DNA of 64,000 bases from Felis catus (Eukaryota). The notes beneath the pieces were generated by a model. The model was not told the origin of the DNA, made no database searches, and worked only from the letters and a program-made list of their open reading frames with translations. The DNA lies in contig NC_058368.1 of NCBI RefSeq assembly GCF_018350175.1, positions 88,972,001 through 89,036,000 of the forward strand, in the 5' to 3' direction. Made by a program: the position numbers and the translations under genes. The first letter of the stretch is position 1; every line of letters begins with the position of its first letter. This document shows positions 1 through 13,500 of this stretch, piece by piece.

Positions 1-1322
1 CTAAATACCCCAGAAAGCAACATGAAGACTGACGAAGACTGACTTGGTCACTGACGTGACCAAGGCCACGGTTACAGGGAGAGAAGAAGCCATATCAAAG
101 AAACTAGGAAGTGCAGAGAGGGGGTTGGGGGAGAAATATATCAAGGGTGCTGCAGGGGAGAGGGAGCCCTCATTGAGGAAAGAGGGAGAGGAAGAGAAGC
201 ACACAGAGGAGCACACAAGGTGACCCTTCCCCCAAAGACAATGAAAAGAGGCTCAACATCACTCATCATCAGGCAAATACAAATCAATACTACAATGAGA
301 TATCACCCACGTCTGTCAGAAGGGCTACATTTGACAACACAAGGAACAAGTGGTGTTGGCAAGTTTGGGGATAAAGGGAAACCCTCTGACACTGGATGGG
401 AATGCAAACTGGTGCAGCCACTCCGGAAAACAGTCCAAAGTTTTGTCGAATGTTGAGAATACGAGTGCCCTGGGGCACCTGGGTGGCACGGTCAGTGAGG
501 TGCCTGACTCTTGATATCCATTCCAATCAGGATCTCACAGTCATGGGACTAAGCCCTTGTTGGGCTCTGCACTGACAGCATGGAGTGCGCTTGGGATTCT
601 CTCTCCATCTCTCTCTGCTCCTCTCCATCTCTCACTCTCTCAATCTCTCCCTCTATAATAAATTAATTAATTGAAAGAATTGCTTACCCTTTAAAACTTA
701 GGGTTGCCCTATGATCCAGCAATTGCCTTATGAGGTATTTATCCAAGGGATACAAAAATAAGAATTTAAAGGCACACAGCCACCCCAGTGTTTTTCACAA
801 CACAATGAAAAATAGCCAATTAGGGAAAGGGCTCAAATGTCCACTGGCTGAGGAATGGATGGAGATGTGGTATATACATACAATGGAATATTACACAGCC
901 ATGAAAGAGAATGAAATTTTCCTTTGCAATGATTTGGACGCAACTCAAGAGTAGTATGCTAAGTGAAATAAGTCAGTCAGAGAAAGGCTTATACCGTATG
1001 ATTTCACTCCTATGTGGAATGTGAGAAACAAAACAAAGAAATAATCATGGTGGAAAAAAGAGACTGGCAAAACAAGAAACATGCTCTTAACTATAGAGAA
1101 CAAACTGATAGATACCAGAGAAGAGATGGGTGGGGAGATTGGGTTATACTGGAGATGGGAATGAAAGAGTATACTTTGTGATGTGCATGGAAAGTTGTGT
1201 GGATGGGTGAAACAACTGATTTCTACACCACTGAATTCTACATCAACTACACAAATTACAACTGAAATCTACACCACTGTATGTTAACTAACTGGAATTT
1301 AAATAAAAACTTATAAAAAAAA
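1..1322 (+). mobile_element. Carnivore L1, internally deleted (5'UTR-like segment joined to ORF2 3' end and 3'UTR)
   Basis: 1-240 resembles a carnivore L1 5'UTR. From ~241 it reads as the ORF2 C-terminus ([43 protein letters not shown]), then 3'UTR and an A-rich tail near 1300-1322. Confidence 0.8.
472..670 (+). mobile_element. Can-SINE (tRNA-derived) inserted in L1
   Basis: GGGGCACCTGGGTGGC head, CT-rich tract, AT-rich tail. Confidence 0.9.
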
Positions 1323-1559
1323 TTGCATATTAGCTGTAGGGAAAGGCCCAGTGCTGAAGTGCCCAAAGCGTTACTGTGCTTTAAGTGACATTCTTGTCTC
1401 TCGTAAACATATAGAGTAACACTTTGCTCACCTCTCTGTATCGACACTTGTACTTTACTGCTGAAAAGTTCCCTTTGCTGCAAGAGGGATTTAGAAAGCT
1501 TCTTGGGGATATTGAGTCATATGTATTATTAAACCCTTGTGTAGAAGCACCAAGAAATG

Positions 1560-4500
1560 CCCTAGGGTTAGGTGCCTAAAAGTAGAGTGTGACACACTGT
1601 GTCTGCCCCCTACACCAACCGAGATCCCTGGTTTGTAGGTGAGTTTCAAAGTCATTCCTGACACAATGCTCTCAGAGGCTGATATTCCATAGGAGAGCTA
1701 CCCCCAATGTCCCTGCTCTCCTGGTGCTGGGCAGGCAATAGTATCAGAGGAATGGGAGCCACTTGGACTCCCGCCCCTAATGGATGGAGCTACCATCCTT
1801 TGGAAGAACAGTCTGTGAAAATACACCATTCTCCATGATATGATCAGTGCACCAAAAGGCTTTTGAATAAATAGCACACCAAGGTTTGTTCCCACTTCAT
1901 GATCATCACATGGAAGCACATTCTTCATATCACAGAGCCACTGGTGACCCTCTCTACAAATACGATGGGCTGAAACCCACAAGAATTCAAAGTTGTGCTC
2001 TAATTCTTAGGGGACAATGTGGGGCTCTTTCTCACAGGCTCCAAAGGGTATCTTTTGGAACACTCCTGTAGCCAAAGACCCCAAAAGTTCTTTTGATTCC
2101 TGTGTGAGCCAGATTGTGAATACATGAGCTAGTCAGGTTCTTGTAAACATGAACACTGGCCCTCAGTGTTTCTAGTCTCAGAAAATTGCTTTATCACCCA
2201 TCAAGGTTCATCTTGTGGTCCATAAAAACTCCGTCTTTTTGAGTATTATAGCCAGCTGTAGATGTCCAATGGGGACCAGCCCTGGTGACTGTGTGACAGG
2301 TAGAGCCAGAGACCCTGGTCTTGTGGCTTTAGGACTACATGGACATCCAGGTCCCTATGGCACCAAAAGGGGTCCAGTCAAGAGCTGTGCATGGGGAGGC
2401 TCAGGCAGAGGTATACTCCAGAAGCTGGCTTCCTTACTGGGTTTCGAGGAAATGAAGATAAATATCTCCATTCCACACTGATCACATTCCCATTGGATGG
2501 AACTTTTGAATCCCCTTTGGTCCTGGCTGCAGCCATCTCCTCTGCCTCCCTGTGTGTCCGACTGCCTCTTGATTCGCCCTTAGCAGCCATGAGCTGACAC
2601 ACACTCAGCAGGCACCCGAGGATGGGCATCGGGCTCTTACTCCATCCCTTGCTCAGTTATAGCCATCAGCATCGAATATACCAAGGGAGAATACTCCTCC
2701 TATCCGTGAGCTTGGTGGTTGGCTGTTTGTAGCAAGGGGTTGGGGGAGAGGAGCCACACAGCTTCCTTACTCTGTCTGATTGTGCCTTCCTTCTGAAAAC
2801 CAGACAGTTCACACAAGAGCTGTAGGCTCCAGAAGCTGGTCATCAGAGAAAGAGCCTTTACAGGAAGAGGGCACCAATGTCCCTCTCCACACTCTGGAGC
2901 CACAGCTAGGGGAACCTCTCAGCTACAGCACTGTCACTGCTCACTCCATTCAATCATGAAAAAAGCAGCAAAAGCCGACCAACTCCCAGGGATCTTTAGG
3001 TCCTTCTGAAAGAAAAAAGCAGGACTGGTGATGACAGGGCTCCCAGGTGGAGTCTCTAGAGGGCATACCTGCCTAAGCCCTCTGGTGATCTTTTTACAAT
3101 CAGGTTGCTAAGAACAGGCCCTGGACACTCCCCTCCTGGTAGAATTCCTCTTCCAAGCTGTGAAGAGCTCTGGCCCTCCTTGTTCGCTTTGACATATCTT
3201 TGATCTCTTGTAGAAACATGGTTCTGCCCACAATCCATTCAGAATCGGTGTCTCAAGAGCCCTATCCTCTGCCTTCCACCTTGGAGTGTGGTCCAGTCCT
3301 TATGACTGGGGATGAGATTCATAAATGCATTTGGCTTCAGAAGTATGTGACCATTCTGAGGCTGAGGGCATTTGAAGTGGTCCAGCAGACAATGTTTGGT
3401 GTGTAGGCTGGACCAGAGATTTTGGCAGGGAGCTGGCCTCCCTGTGGGCCAAGGGCAAATGAAGCAAGACATCTGTCTAAGGGAATCCTCATTCCCACTG
3501 GAAACGTCGAGTTTTGGCCCAACTGGTGCCCATTTCCTTTCCCTTGATGTGTGTCTGAAAATGTGTGTGTGTGTGTGTGTGCGCGTGTGTGTGTGTGTGT
3601 TCCTTAGGAGCCATGGTGTCATAACTAACTCAGCTAGTATCTGTGCCTAGGCCACATTCTCCCACTCTGCTCCTGTGCTCAGTGAGAGCTAACAGGCTCT
3701 GCTCTACCAAAGGAAAGAAGACCTTTCGTCCATGTGTACTTGGTGCTTGGCTTGCTGTGCTATGGAGGGGAAAGGAGAGCCAGCTTGCCTCACTGACCTG
3801 GGTGACTGAGGTGCCTTCATTTTGAAAAGCAGACAGGTTGCACATAGGCAATATGAAGGAGGAGGGGGTCAGCATTTCATGTGCCCTTGCCAGGAATGAG
3901 GGAACCAAGTTCTTGTAGCAGATTCCTGAATAAGAGCCCTCAGAACCCCCTGGCTACAGCTCAAACACTTCTGCCTCCCACTACCGATGGGGAAAATGGC
4001 ATGGATAGACCAAACCAAAAATCACTGCCTCCTAAAGAAAGAAGGCAGGCTTCTTGCTGATAGGACTCACAGGTGTAGTCCTTCAGAGGGCCCCCTTGGT
4101 CTAAGCCCACAGGCCTTTCTGATTCTCAATATGACCTGGTTGATAAGAGACTACACTGGGTACTTCATTCTCAACTTTCTCCAAATCTCATTTGTGGTGA
4201 AGAATTCTGGCAGTGTGTGTCTCCATTTCCCCTCCTAAACTTTTTTGATGAAAGAGGGTTTGCATGGACACTATTCTAGGACAGTGTGTCAGAAAAATAT
4301 CCTCTTGTTTCAACTTGGGGGTTTGGTGGTATGCCTGTGATGGTGATAGAGGTACTGCACTGGGCCCTTTTCAGTTTGGGTTCAGAATGATGTGGCCCTC
4401 CACATACCCAGGGCCTGTGAAGGTGCCCAGGGAGAATGCTCATGGGAAGTCAAAGCCCGTGGTTGAGGGTGGATCCCAACTCCTGTGTGGGGCAAGGAGA

Positions 4501-5040
4501 AGGAAAGGTCATGGTCTCCATCTGCGGTTTCCTCCATGTGCATTTGAATGCATAGCTTTGGCTCACCTTGTAGTCATTCCTCTTCCATTGCTGCATTTCT
4601 AACTTGGTCTCAGTTCACACACGGTTACCCTACCCTGTGTCTGTCACCTACACCAACCAAGGTCCCAGTTTAGGGGTGAGATTCCAAACTTTTCCTAACC
4701 CAATACAGGGCTCTCTGAGGTGATGTCCCAAAGGACACCTGTCCCCCCTGTCCCTGAGCCTCTGATTGTAGGCAGGCTACAGTATCATGCAAATGGGTAG
4801 CCACATGGACCACTGCCCCTAATGGAAGGAGCTACCCTCAATCAAAAGAACAGTTTGTACATATGCACCATGATCCCGGACGTGGTCAGCACACAAAAAT
4901 GCTTTTGAATAGAGCACCAAGTCCTTGTCCCACAATCTGATCATCACATGGAAGCACATTCTTCATAGGTCACAGCCAGTGTTGCCCCTTTCTACTAATA
5001 TGATGGCCAGAAGCACACCAGAAGCCAAAGTTCCCCCTTT
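1560..5040 (-). repeat. Block A of ~1-kb monomer complex repeat (~1.1 copies of the 3-kb higher-order unit; strand label arbitrary, opposite to block B)
   Basis: Anchor GAACWCTGGC-like at ~2151, 3165, 4201. CACCAACC..G.TCCC recurs at ~1613 and ~4651 (~3.04 kb apart). 4141-4175 is the reverse complement of the GAGAATGAAGTACCCA motif at 17240/20257/23267. Confidence 0.88.
3562..3600. repeat. (TG)n microsatellite
   Basis: TG dinucleotide run with a short CG interruption. Confidence 0.95.
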
Positions 5041-5853
5041 ATATACTGCCAGAAGCCAAGCTATCCAACCAGCCTGATGGCAGGGCCCAGGCAGTGGATG
5101 GATCGGGGCTGCTTGTACTCCTGCTTTTATGTAATTTGGCCTTAATAAAGTACCTGGGGAATTGTCTGTTGGGGAATTTCCCTCAACAGGCCCCCTGGGA
5201 AAAGAACCATTGGAAAAGAAATAAGGTTCTGCAAGGAATTGTGCAGCCCTACATTTAGCCCTTGCCACCCCCTATAAAGACTCCTCTACCTGAAGGAAGG
5301 ATAGCCTCATACATTTGCCAGCAAAGGAGGGACAAATGGATTTGAAAGCCCCACTCCGGCAACAAAGGAGTGTATCTATGGGCACAAATTACTCCAACCC
5401 CTAGGCCCACTTGGCCCCCAGGAGGCATTCCAGGTGATGACTGAACCTAGTCAGTTAAAGTACAGAATGGTTCATTAGTTCTAGGTGCATTGTCTCTCTG
5501 AGAATATATAAGGCATGGGTTCCTAAGGCACTCTTGGCCGCCTCCTGGCCCCTGGACTGAAGCGAACACTTTTGTTCCTCAAGCCACAAATGGTTCAGGG
5601 AAACAACTAAGAGGTCATGTCCTTGTAACTGTTCCACTTGAGGTGTTGAGAGATAGATGACTTTTTGTGACAACAGCAAAGCAAATGCTTTATAGATTAT
5701 AGAGAAACATAGATACATAATGAAAATAATGTAAGAAATTAATCAACAAGCAAAGGGCAGGAGGAAACATAATGAGAAAATAACCATGTTATTCCTTAAA
5801 GTGTGATTACACATAGGAACATTTTTAGAATTAGGTAATGCTAGAAAACATAG

Positions 5854-7640
5854 ATGACGTACGCTATAAGGAAAATTGTTAACGAATATAATGGCACGTT
5901 TGCTACAACAAAGTGGCCAGTTCAACACACTGCTGTTGTCTGTGTCCATTTTTATTCTTGTTTTATTTTTTTTCACTTTTTTGCTGATGCTGTTCATCCT
6001 TTGGGAACACCTGGACCTGCTGGAGCTGGACTCTGGCAGAGTTCATGGAAGGAGCCAATCTTAACCTGCCCTTTCAAACTGAACAAGAGCATTGGCTTTA
6101 TATGCCAAGACTTCAATGGTGGCTTACTTCAGCACCTCCTTATGTGTGTTACCGGCCTCAACAACTTTTCTGCTCGTATTAAACTAAAAATCAACTGTCT
6201 TTTGCCAAGTATAGCCCCAAACCTCTACAAGGACAGACAATTTTACCTTTTTCTCAGCCACAAGCTTTGATATACCTCAAAAAACAAGCACATCTCATAC
6301 TCCTAATATTATAGCCTGCTCTAGTCTCAAATATTCAGACCCGCCCCCCCACCCCCTGGAACATTATCCCCTGGACAACCTTATGGAGAAACTGAGCATA
6401 ATCTTCACTGGGGTAATTGGACTATTACTGACAGGGGTCCTGGAGGACATCTTGAAACAAAATATTCTAATAAGACCATAACCTTTGGCCAGCTTAATAG
6501 GGAGGATATTTTTTGAGAAAACGGAGGCTTGTCTGGCCCTGTAATTTGTGCACATAAAGGGAAATTAAAAGGACCTTGGCGTGTTAATCTATGGAAGCTA
6601 CGTCTTCCCTTCCTCACTCGTACTATTAGCCATGTTGACATTTATGTGAAAGAACACGCTAATCTAACTTGGGTCTCCCTGTTCAATAACCAATTCACAT
6701 GGACCACTATTTGCATCCATTCTCCCTATGTTCTCTTTGCAACCTCCACCTTACAGATCCGACAACTAGAAAATAATTATAATGTCTCTACCTCCCAAGG
6801 TTGGCTTATGTCCTGCGTAAGTAATGATAACATCACCCAATTAAACATCTCCTCTCTCTTTAGTACTTAGAGAGCGTGTCTCAACCTGGGTTCCTGTTAA
6901 TATCTCTGAGCCCTATATGCACCCATTAAGACTAGGCGCTCTTTCCAATCTTGTTCAATACTGGTACTCTGCTGCAAGGCAGAAAAGAATTGTTGGCCTG
7001 TTAACCGTGGGCATCCTAGCAGCAGTAGGCGTTATCACCTCTGCCACTGTAGCTGGAATCAGCCTGCATCATACTATCCAGACAGCCCATGTCCTTAATA
7101 AATTTATGGTCAACACCACCAAAGAATTCATGAGCCAAACTTCCACTGATAAACAAGTCTTGGCCCACATCGAAGCTCTTGAGGCTGCAGTAGAATTTAT
7201 TGGAGAAAGACAGGAGGCCTTTTTCCTCCACTCTAAACTTCCCTGTGTCCCTAACTACCAGCCTATCTGCATGACTGGCATTCCTTAGCTTGGGATGCTG
7301 TCCAGAAACACTTCCACAGTGTCTTTTGTTCCCACCTCTCTAACAATATAGTTTTAGATATGACTTGAGCCAACAGCTACAATATGCAGAGTACCAGCTT
7401 AAAAATGAATGGGCTGGTTCTTGGGAAATGTGGCATGTCCTAAATCCTTTCTCACTTACAGCTGGCACTCATCTCACATTCTGGATAACTTTGAGAAGTG
7501 GAATGCTTTTACTGTGTCTCTGCTTATGTCTTTGCAGAATCACCTTCCAAGCCATCCAAAAGCAAAAGAATGACCAGAAGCTCATCATGATGGTCCCGGA
7601 ACATGAAGCTAAAAGAACCAAGAAAAACAAAAAGGGAGAG
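5854..7640 (+). pseudogene. env: Endogenous retrovirus env remnant, betaretrovirus-type (class II)
   Basis: ORF 6917-7288 has a furin site RQKR, a fusion peptide (IVGLLTVGILAAVGVITSATVAGISL), a heptad region (LAHIEALEAAVEFIGERQ) and a CX7C loop (CVPNYQPIC). A hydrophobic anchor lies in ORF 7365-7766. Upstream SU-like fragments are broken by stops and frameshifts. A polypurine tract ends at 7640. The 5' limit is approximate. Confidence 0.85.
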
Positions 7641-7641
7641 C

Positions 7642-7845
7642 TGTGGGGGATAAGCTTAGGAATCCCCTGGGCTTACACAAATGGGTTCATATGGCATAAA
7701 GAAATACAAAGCCATAAAGTGCTCACTCCCGAGTTTGGGCAAGCCAGATTTGCACCCCAAGACTAGAGGGGTGCAAAGATACCCCGAGAATAGGGAGGCA
7801 CAAAGGTGCCAGGAATAAGGAGGTGCAATGGGGCCTCGCCCCACA
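7642..7845 (+). mobile_element. Short 3' LTR of the ERV
   Basis: Begins TGTGGGG right after the polypurine tract AAAAACAAAAAGGGAGAG and ends CCCCACA (inverted termini). Confidence 0.7.
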
Positions 7846-8229
7846 TGTGTTACAGAATTATGTGTACATGAGGAAACCTAGCGCTTCTGAGGGGCCCAGC
7901 ATGGAAAGTTTGCCTGTAGGCAGGCCCAAAGGAGTAAGGAGAATACCAGTCCTTCTGCAAGAAGAAAACACTGAGCCATACAATACATCTTCAGTTGTAT
8001 CCCATTCTGATTTGAATTGCAGATGAAGATTTCCTCTGGACTGGGCTTCCAGGTAAACCCAGTGGTGTTTTCCCCATTCCCCAGTGTGGAGGTGCTTACA
8101 ATTATGAAGACAGCCAGCTTCAGGTAGATTATATTAGTCACTCTATTCTCTGCTTCATCCCTTTCTCATAGGAAAAGAAGTACTCTGGCCCTCCATGTGT
8201 CCATTCCCATTCTGTCACTGGGTTTCTTT

Positions 8230-8278
8230 CTTTTTTTTGAAACCTGGTTTTCAACATTTACCATTTTTGAGTGAGCAA

Positions 8279-8313
<35 letters not shown>

Positions 8314-8479
8314 CCATGAGTGGGGGTAGGAACAAAAAGAGGGAGATAGAAAATCCGAAGCAGGCAACACTCTGTGAGTACAAAGCCTGATACAGGGTTA
8401 GACCTCACAACTATGACTTTGTGACCTGAGCTGAAATCAAGAGACAGCCACATGACAGACTGAGCATCCCAGGTGCCTC
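8230..8479 (-). mobile_element. Can-SINE with (CA)n tract
   Basis: Ends GAGCATCCCAGGTGCCTC (reverse-complement SINE head); T-rich tail on the left. Confidence 0.85.
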
Positions 8480-10109
8480 GTTCTTTTTTATTTCTCTAAT
8501 TATATGTTGGTTCCCACTAGGCACAGACAGCCTGTGAGAAATGGGTGATTGGTGGAAATTTCTCACACTGCTCCCCAGCTAACAAAGCATTCAGTTTCTT
8601 ATACACAAGAGGATCCACTGACCCCTGAGACTGATGACTTGGTGCTTGAAACCCTGGAGTTGGCATGGCAATAGTTAGACAGCAGAACTCCAACCACCGG
8701 CTGCTACGGATACCTTCATCTGAACAGCAGACAGTTCATCCATTTGCAGTATTCTTCAGGACCTGCAAAATGTGCAGAAACAACCCATTCAAGGACCAGT
8801 GCAACAGAGCCACTTTCTAAATACTTGAGGGTCAGCCACCAACCAGAAACTGCTAACTGTGTGGCATGACTGCCTCAGAGGACAGGAAAAAACAAAACAA
8901 AAGAAAAAAACAAAAAAACAATATCGAATGCCAGAAATGTTCCCTCTCCTTGTGAAGGAACAATGCAGGAGTTATCCCTTTGTTCTAGCACACACAGGGT
9001 TCTTACTCCTGAGACAACCATGTTGCCAAGAGATTGTTCCAGTCACTGCAGTTTCTTGCCATAACCCATTCTTTTCTGTTAATAGACAAGTTTGTTCTTC
9101 TGTGTCTTCTCCTCCACCCTGTTGCTTTTTCAAGCTCAGATCTCCCTGTTGTCCATTGAGGCCCATTGTCTCAGATCCATTTCCTCTTCTTTTAACTAGG
9201 AAGTCTGACCAAATTCTTGTCACTCTGGGATATGCTGGGCCACAGGGACCCTAAAAAATGGCCTCCCAGTACTCTGTTGACAAAGATAAGCCCGGGACAT
9301 TTCAAGGCACCTAGCAGGAATGCTTGTGTGTATTCAGGGTCAGAGGTATCAGGAGGGAGCTATCCTCACTTCTGGGCCAAAAGAAACATGGAGCTAGACA
9401 ATTCATTCTCAGATTTATTTCCATTCTCAGCTGAAATGAAAAACTTTGGCCCTGAGTGTACCCATTCCAATTCCCTGGGTGTATGGGTCCCAGGTAAGGC
9501 GAATGAGGCTGTCCCCCACATAGCGAGTGCCCAGCCAGTCCCAAGGAGCTCTGACTCTGCTCTGTGCTAACCAAGAGCAATCAGCTGCTGATATCCCAAA
9601 GGAAAGATTGCTTTCCTGGGAGTATTGGTGTTTGTGGCTGGGTGATGAGGGAATGATGGTTAGCCATCTTCTCTCCCTCCCTGACTGTTAAAGAAGCTGT
9701 CACTCTGAAGAGCAGTGGGTTCACCTATGGGCAGTATTCTTGAGGACCTGCTTAGCACTGAAAGAGACCAATCAAGAATACTGCACCACAGACCAGCTGA
9801 AAACACTTGAGCACAAACCCACTACCCTTGAATCGCTGCTGCCTTTATCCACTGATAGGATGGGAAAGGAAACCAGTGAACTCGCAAAGCTTTCCTTGTC
9901 TCTCTCAAGTAACAATACAGGCATCTTTCCATGAGGGCTCCCACTGTAAACTGTGGAGGTTTCCCTCTGCCCTAGTCCACATGTGTTTCTTTTTGCAGAG
10001 ACAGTCAGCTGGCCAGGAGATTGTACTAGTCATTTCGTCCTCAGACTGATCACATTCTCATCTCTCATAGGAACCCTGTCCCTCTGTGTATCTATTTCCA
10101 CTCCTTTCC

Positions 10110-10598
10110 TCTCTTTGTGTTTATTTTTATTTTTGAGAGAAAGGGAGGGCACGAGAGTGAGTGTGTGTGCATGTGGTGAGGGATTGAGAGGGAGGGACAG
10201 ATGACCTCAAGCAGGCTCCTCCATGCTGACAGGAGAGAACTTGATGTGGGGGGTCCATCTTGCAACCATGAAATCACACCCTTCGTGATAAACTGATGCT
10301 TAAGCAACCGAGCCACCCAGGAGCCCCATTCTTTCTTTCTTTTACTTTTTTAAGTATTTATTTAATTTTCAGAGAGAGAGATCGAGAGACCCACGGAAAG
10401 AGAGAAAGAGAGAGAGAGAGAGAGAGAACAGAGGATGGGCTGAGAAAGAGAGAGAGAGACAGAATCTGTAGCAGACTTCAGGCCTCAAGCTGTCAGCAGA
10501 AACTGTAACACAGGACTCGAACTCACGAACTGTAAGATCATGACCTGAGCTGAAACCAAGAGTCAGAGGCTTAAGCGACTGAGTCATCCAGGTGCCCC
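10110..10598 (-). mobile_element. Two adjacent Can-SINEs (~10110-10327 and ~10345-10598)
   Basis: Two reverse SINE heads (GAGCCACCCAGGAGCCCC and GAGTCATCCAGGTGCCCC), each with a GA-rich tract and T tail. Confidence 0.88.
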
Positions 10599-13500
10599 TT
10601 TTTACTCTTCTTAAAAGTAGAATCAGCCATGGGCAAATCTGGCCCCTGGTTCAGAGCAATTCCCTCTGATTTTAATTGGTGATTCTGGATGAGTTCTTGG
10701 GACCGCAAAACAGGTTGAGCCATAGGAGCCCTGCAATATGTCTTCCAGATCTACATTGACAACATTAGATGCAGGTCAGTGGAAAGTACCTAGCACAGAA
10801 CATTTGAGTGTAGCTAGGGCCAAAAGGGTTGGGAGGCAGCTGACCTCAGTACTGGGGCAAAGGCAAATGGAGGGAGATATTTCTCTCTCAGCTTTCTTCC
10901 ATTCCCATCTAAAATGAAACTTTGGCTGTCCGTAGAGCCATTCCCATCCCATTGCTATTTGCTAAGTAGGACTTGGTTCGCAGGCTGGGTGGGCCAGTAG
11001 GGCTGTCAATCACACAGTGAGCTGCCAGGGATTGCTGGTGAGTTCTTATGCTGCTTCTCTGATAACCAAGAGTAATTAGTTTCTGACAACCCACAGGGAA
11101 GATTGCTTTGCTGTCAGAAAGCACTTAGTGCCTGGCCTCATATTCTGAAGAGCACAGGATCCACACGTGCAAGGTATGTTCCAGGACCTAGTCAGTGCAG
11201 ACAGAGGCTCTTAAAAACCTAATGTGCCACAGGAATGGTTCCAAACACCCCCTGAATCTCTGCTGCCTCTATCCCTGTAGGGAAGTACAGGAAAAACAGG
11301 CAAGGTCAGAAGCTTTCCCTCCCTTTCAGAAGGAAATATGCAGACCTCCTGCAGACTGGGCTTTCAGGAGGTTTCCCTTTAGAGGTTTCCTTTGTCTCTA
11401 GCCACAGGAGTTTCTTACTCCTTAGACAGGACCCTGTCAGGAAGTTGTCCTTGGAGACACTTCATTGTAATCTATGTCCCATTCTCATAGATATTGAAGC
11501 ACTTTGGCTTCCAGATTTCCATTGCAATGAATACTTTTTTCTGTTTGCAAATTAGTTTCTCCCTGAGTGCCATTCAGAACCAGTCTCAGAGAAATATCCT
11601 TTCTTTTAAGATGGGGAATCGGCCAAGTCCTGATGTCTCTGGCATAATTGGGACACAGGACCCTTCATTATGTGCCTTTCAGAAGTGGGTGGGCAATGGG
11701 AGACATAGGGCCCTTGAAGGTGCCCAGCAGAGTTTCCATGTACAGACAATGTGAGAGTTTGGGAGGGAGTGGCCTTACTTCTGGTCGAAGGAGAAACTAT
11801 GTTAGACATTTCATTCCTGTCTTTACCCTAATCGCCTCTAATGTAGAAGCTTGGCTCTCCTTATAGACCTTTCCATCTACTTTCTGTTTTAATAACTAGG
11901 TCATGGGTCACAACCAGGTAGAATTGGTTTGTCAGCCACACACCCAACATACAGAAAATTTGTGATGAAATACCATTCTGGTCCTGTGCTATGTGAGAGC
12001 AATCAGTGCCTTTATCCCGAAGAAGAATGACTCTCCTGCCCATGAGAGCCTGTTGCTTGACTGGCCCAATCTTTGTGATTGGTAGCCAGCTGGCCTCCCT
12101 CCCCTGCCTGATTGAATTGTCTTCATTCTCTAAGGCAGATGGACGGGGAATGTATAGTAGATTGCAGGAAATTCAGCCCAAAAAAGCCTTAAAAAGAATA
12201 CTGCATCATGACTTGGTTAAAAAACCTAAAGCACCCTCAGGAGCACTGTTACCAGGAATTAGTTCCCTGAGGTTTAGGGCATACAAAGGAGCCAAGGTCA
12301 GGATCCATCTTTCTCTTTCTGATGGAAAAGTGCAAGCCTTTTGCCAAACACCCAGGTGTAGGCAATGGATGTTTCCCTTTGCCCCTGCCCACAGGTGTTT
12401 CTTACTAGAGACAACAGCTTCTCCAAAGATTGTGCTATGCACATCCTTGTCGGCTTCATTCTGCTCTCCTTTGGAATGAAGCACTTTGACCCTCTGGCAA
12501 TTCATTTCCTTCCTTTTCCTCTTTTTTTCAAACTAGGATCATGCTGGAGTCCATTCAGAATCAGTGTCTCAGAGCAACATACTCTAATTTAAATAGGGGA
12601 CTCTGGCTGTGTCCTGGTGACTCTGGCATAGATTGACAACAGGACCTCTTGTAACTTCCCATGAGAAACTCTGTTCACAGTGAGAGGTCTAGGGCATATG
12701 AAGGCCTTGGGTATGGGTGGATGTGTGTAGGAGGTCCCAGAGGATTGTGGAGGAGCTGGCCTTACAGATGCAGCAAGGAGAAATGAAATAAAGTACATAT
12801 ACATGCCCAGCATTACCTCAGTCCCATCTGTAATGTAGATCCTGACCTCCTGTGTAGCCATTCCCACCGATTTGCTATTTTCTAAGTCTTGGGACACATT
12901 CAGGGATGACTGGGCTTTCCCTCACTTCACACACGCAGAGCCCAAAGAAATGTGCTAAACTCTCAGTCTGGTCCTGTGCTATGTGAGAGCAAACAGTAAT
13001 TTCAAATCAAAGGAAGGATGGGCTTCTTGTCCCTGAGTGCTTGGTGCTTGGCAGCTCTGGTAAGTGCAGTGAAGGGTCAACCTCCCTTCACTCTGTCTCA
13101 CAGATGGTTCCTATAGGCACATTATGCTTTGGGACCTGGTCAGCACAGAAAGGGCTCTTTAAGAACTACTGCATCAGGTCCAGGTTCCTTGACCACCCCT
13201 GACAACCAGCTGGGAGCAGGAACCCCTTGCCTCTGCATCAATGGTGCATCTATTTCCTGATGGGAAGGACAGGAAAACCCACCAAACCCAGGTTTCCCTC
13301 TGTTTCTGAAGGAAGAACACAGGCCTCCTGCAGAATTGCCCTCTCAGATGGAGCCAATGGAGATTTCCTTGGACAACAGCCCCCACCCATATCTTATTCC
13401 CCACACAGTCAGCCTGCCAGGAGATAGGAGTAGGCACTGAAATCTCACTTTAGCCCATTCTCTTCTGTAATGAGGAACTCTGGTCCTCGGGCTGCTTATT

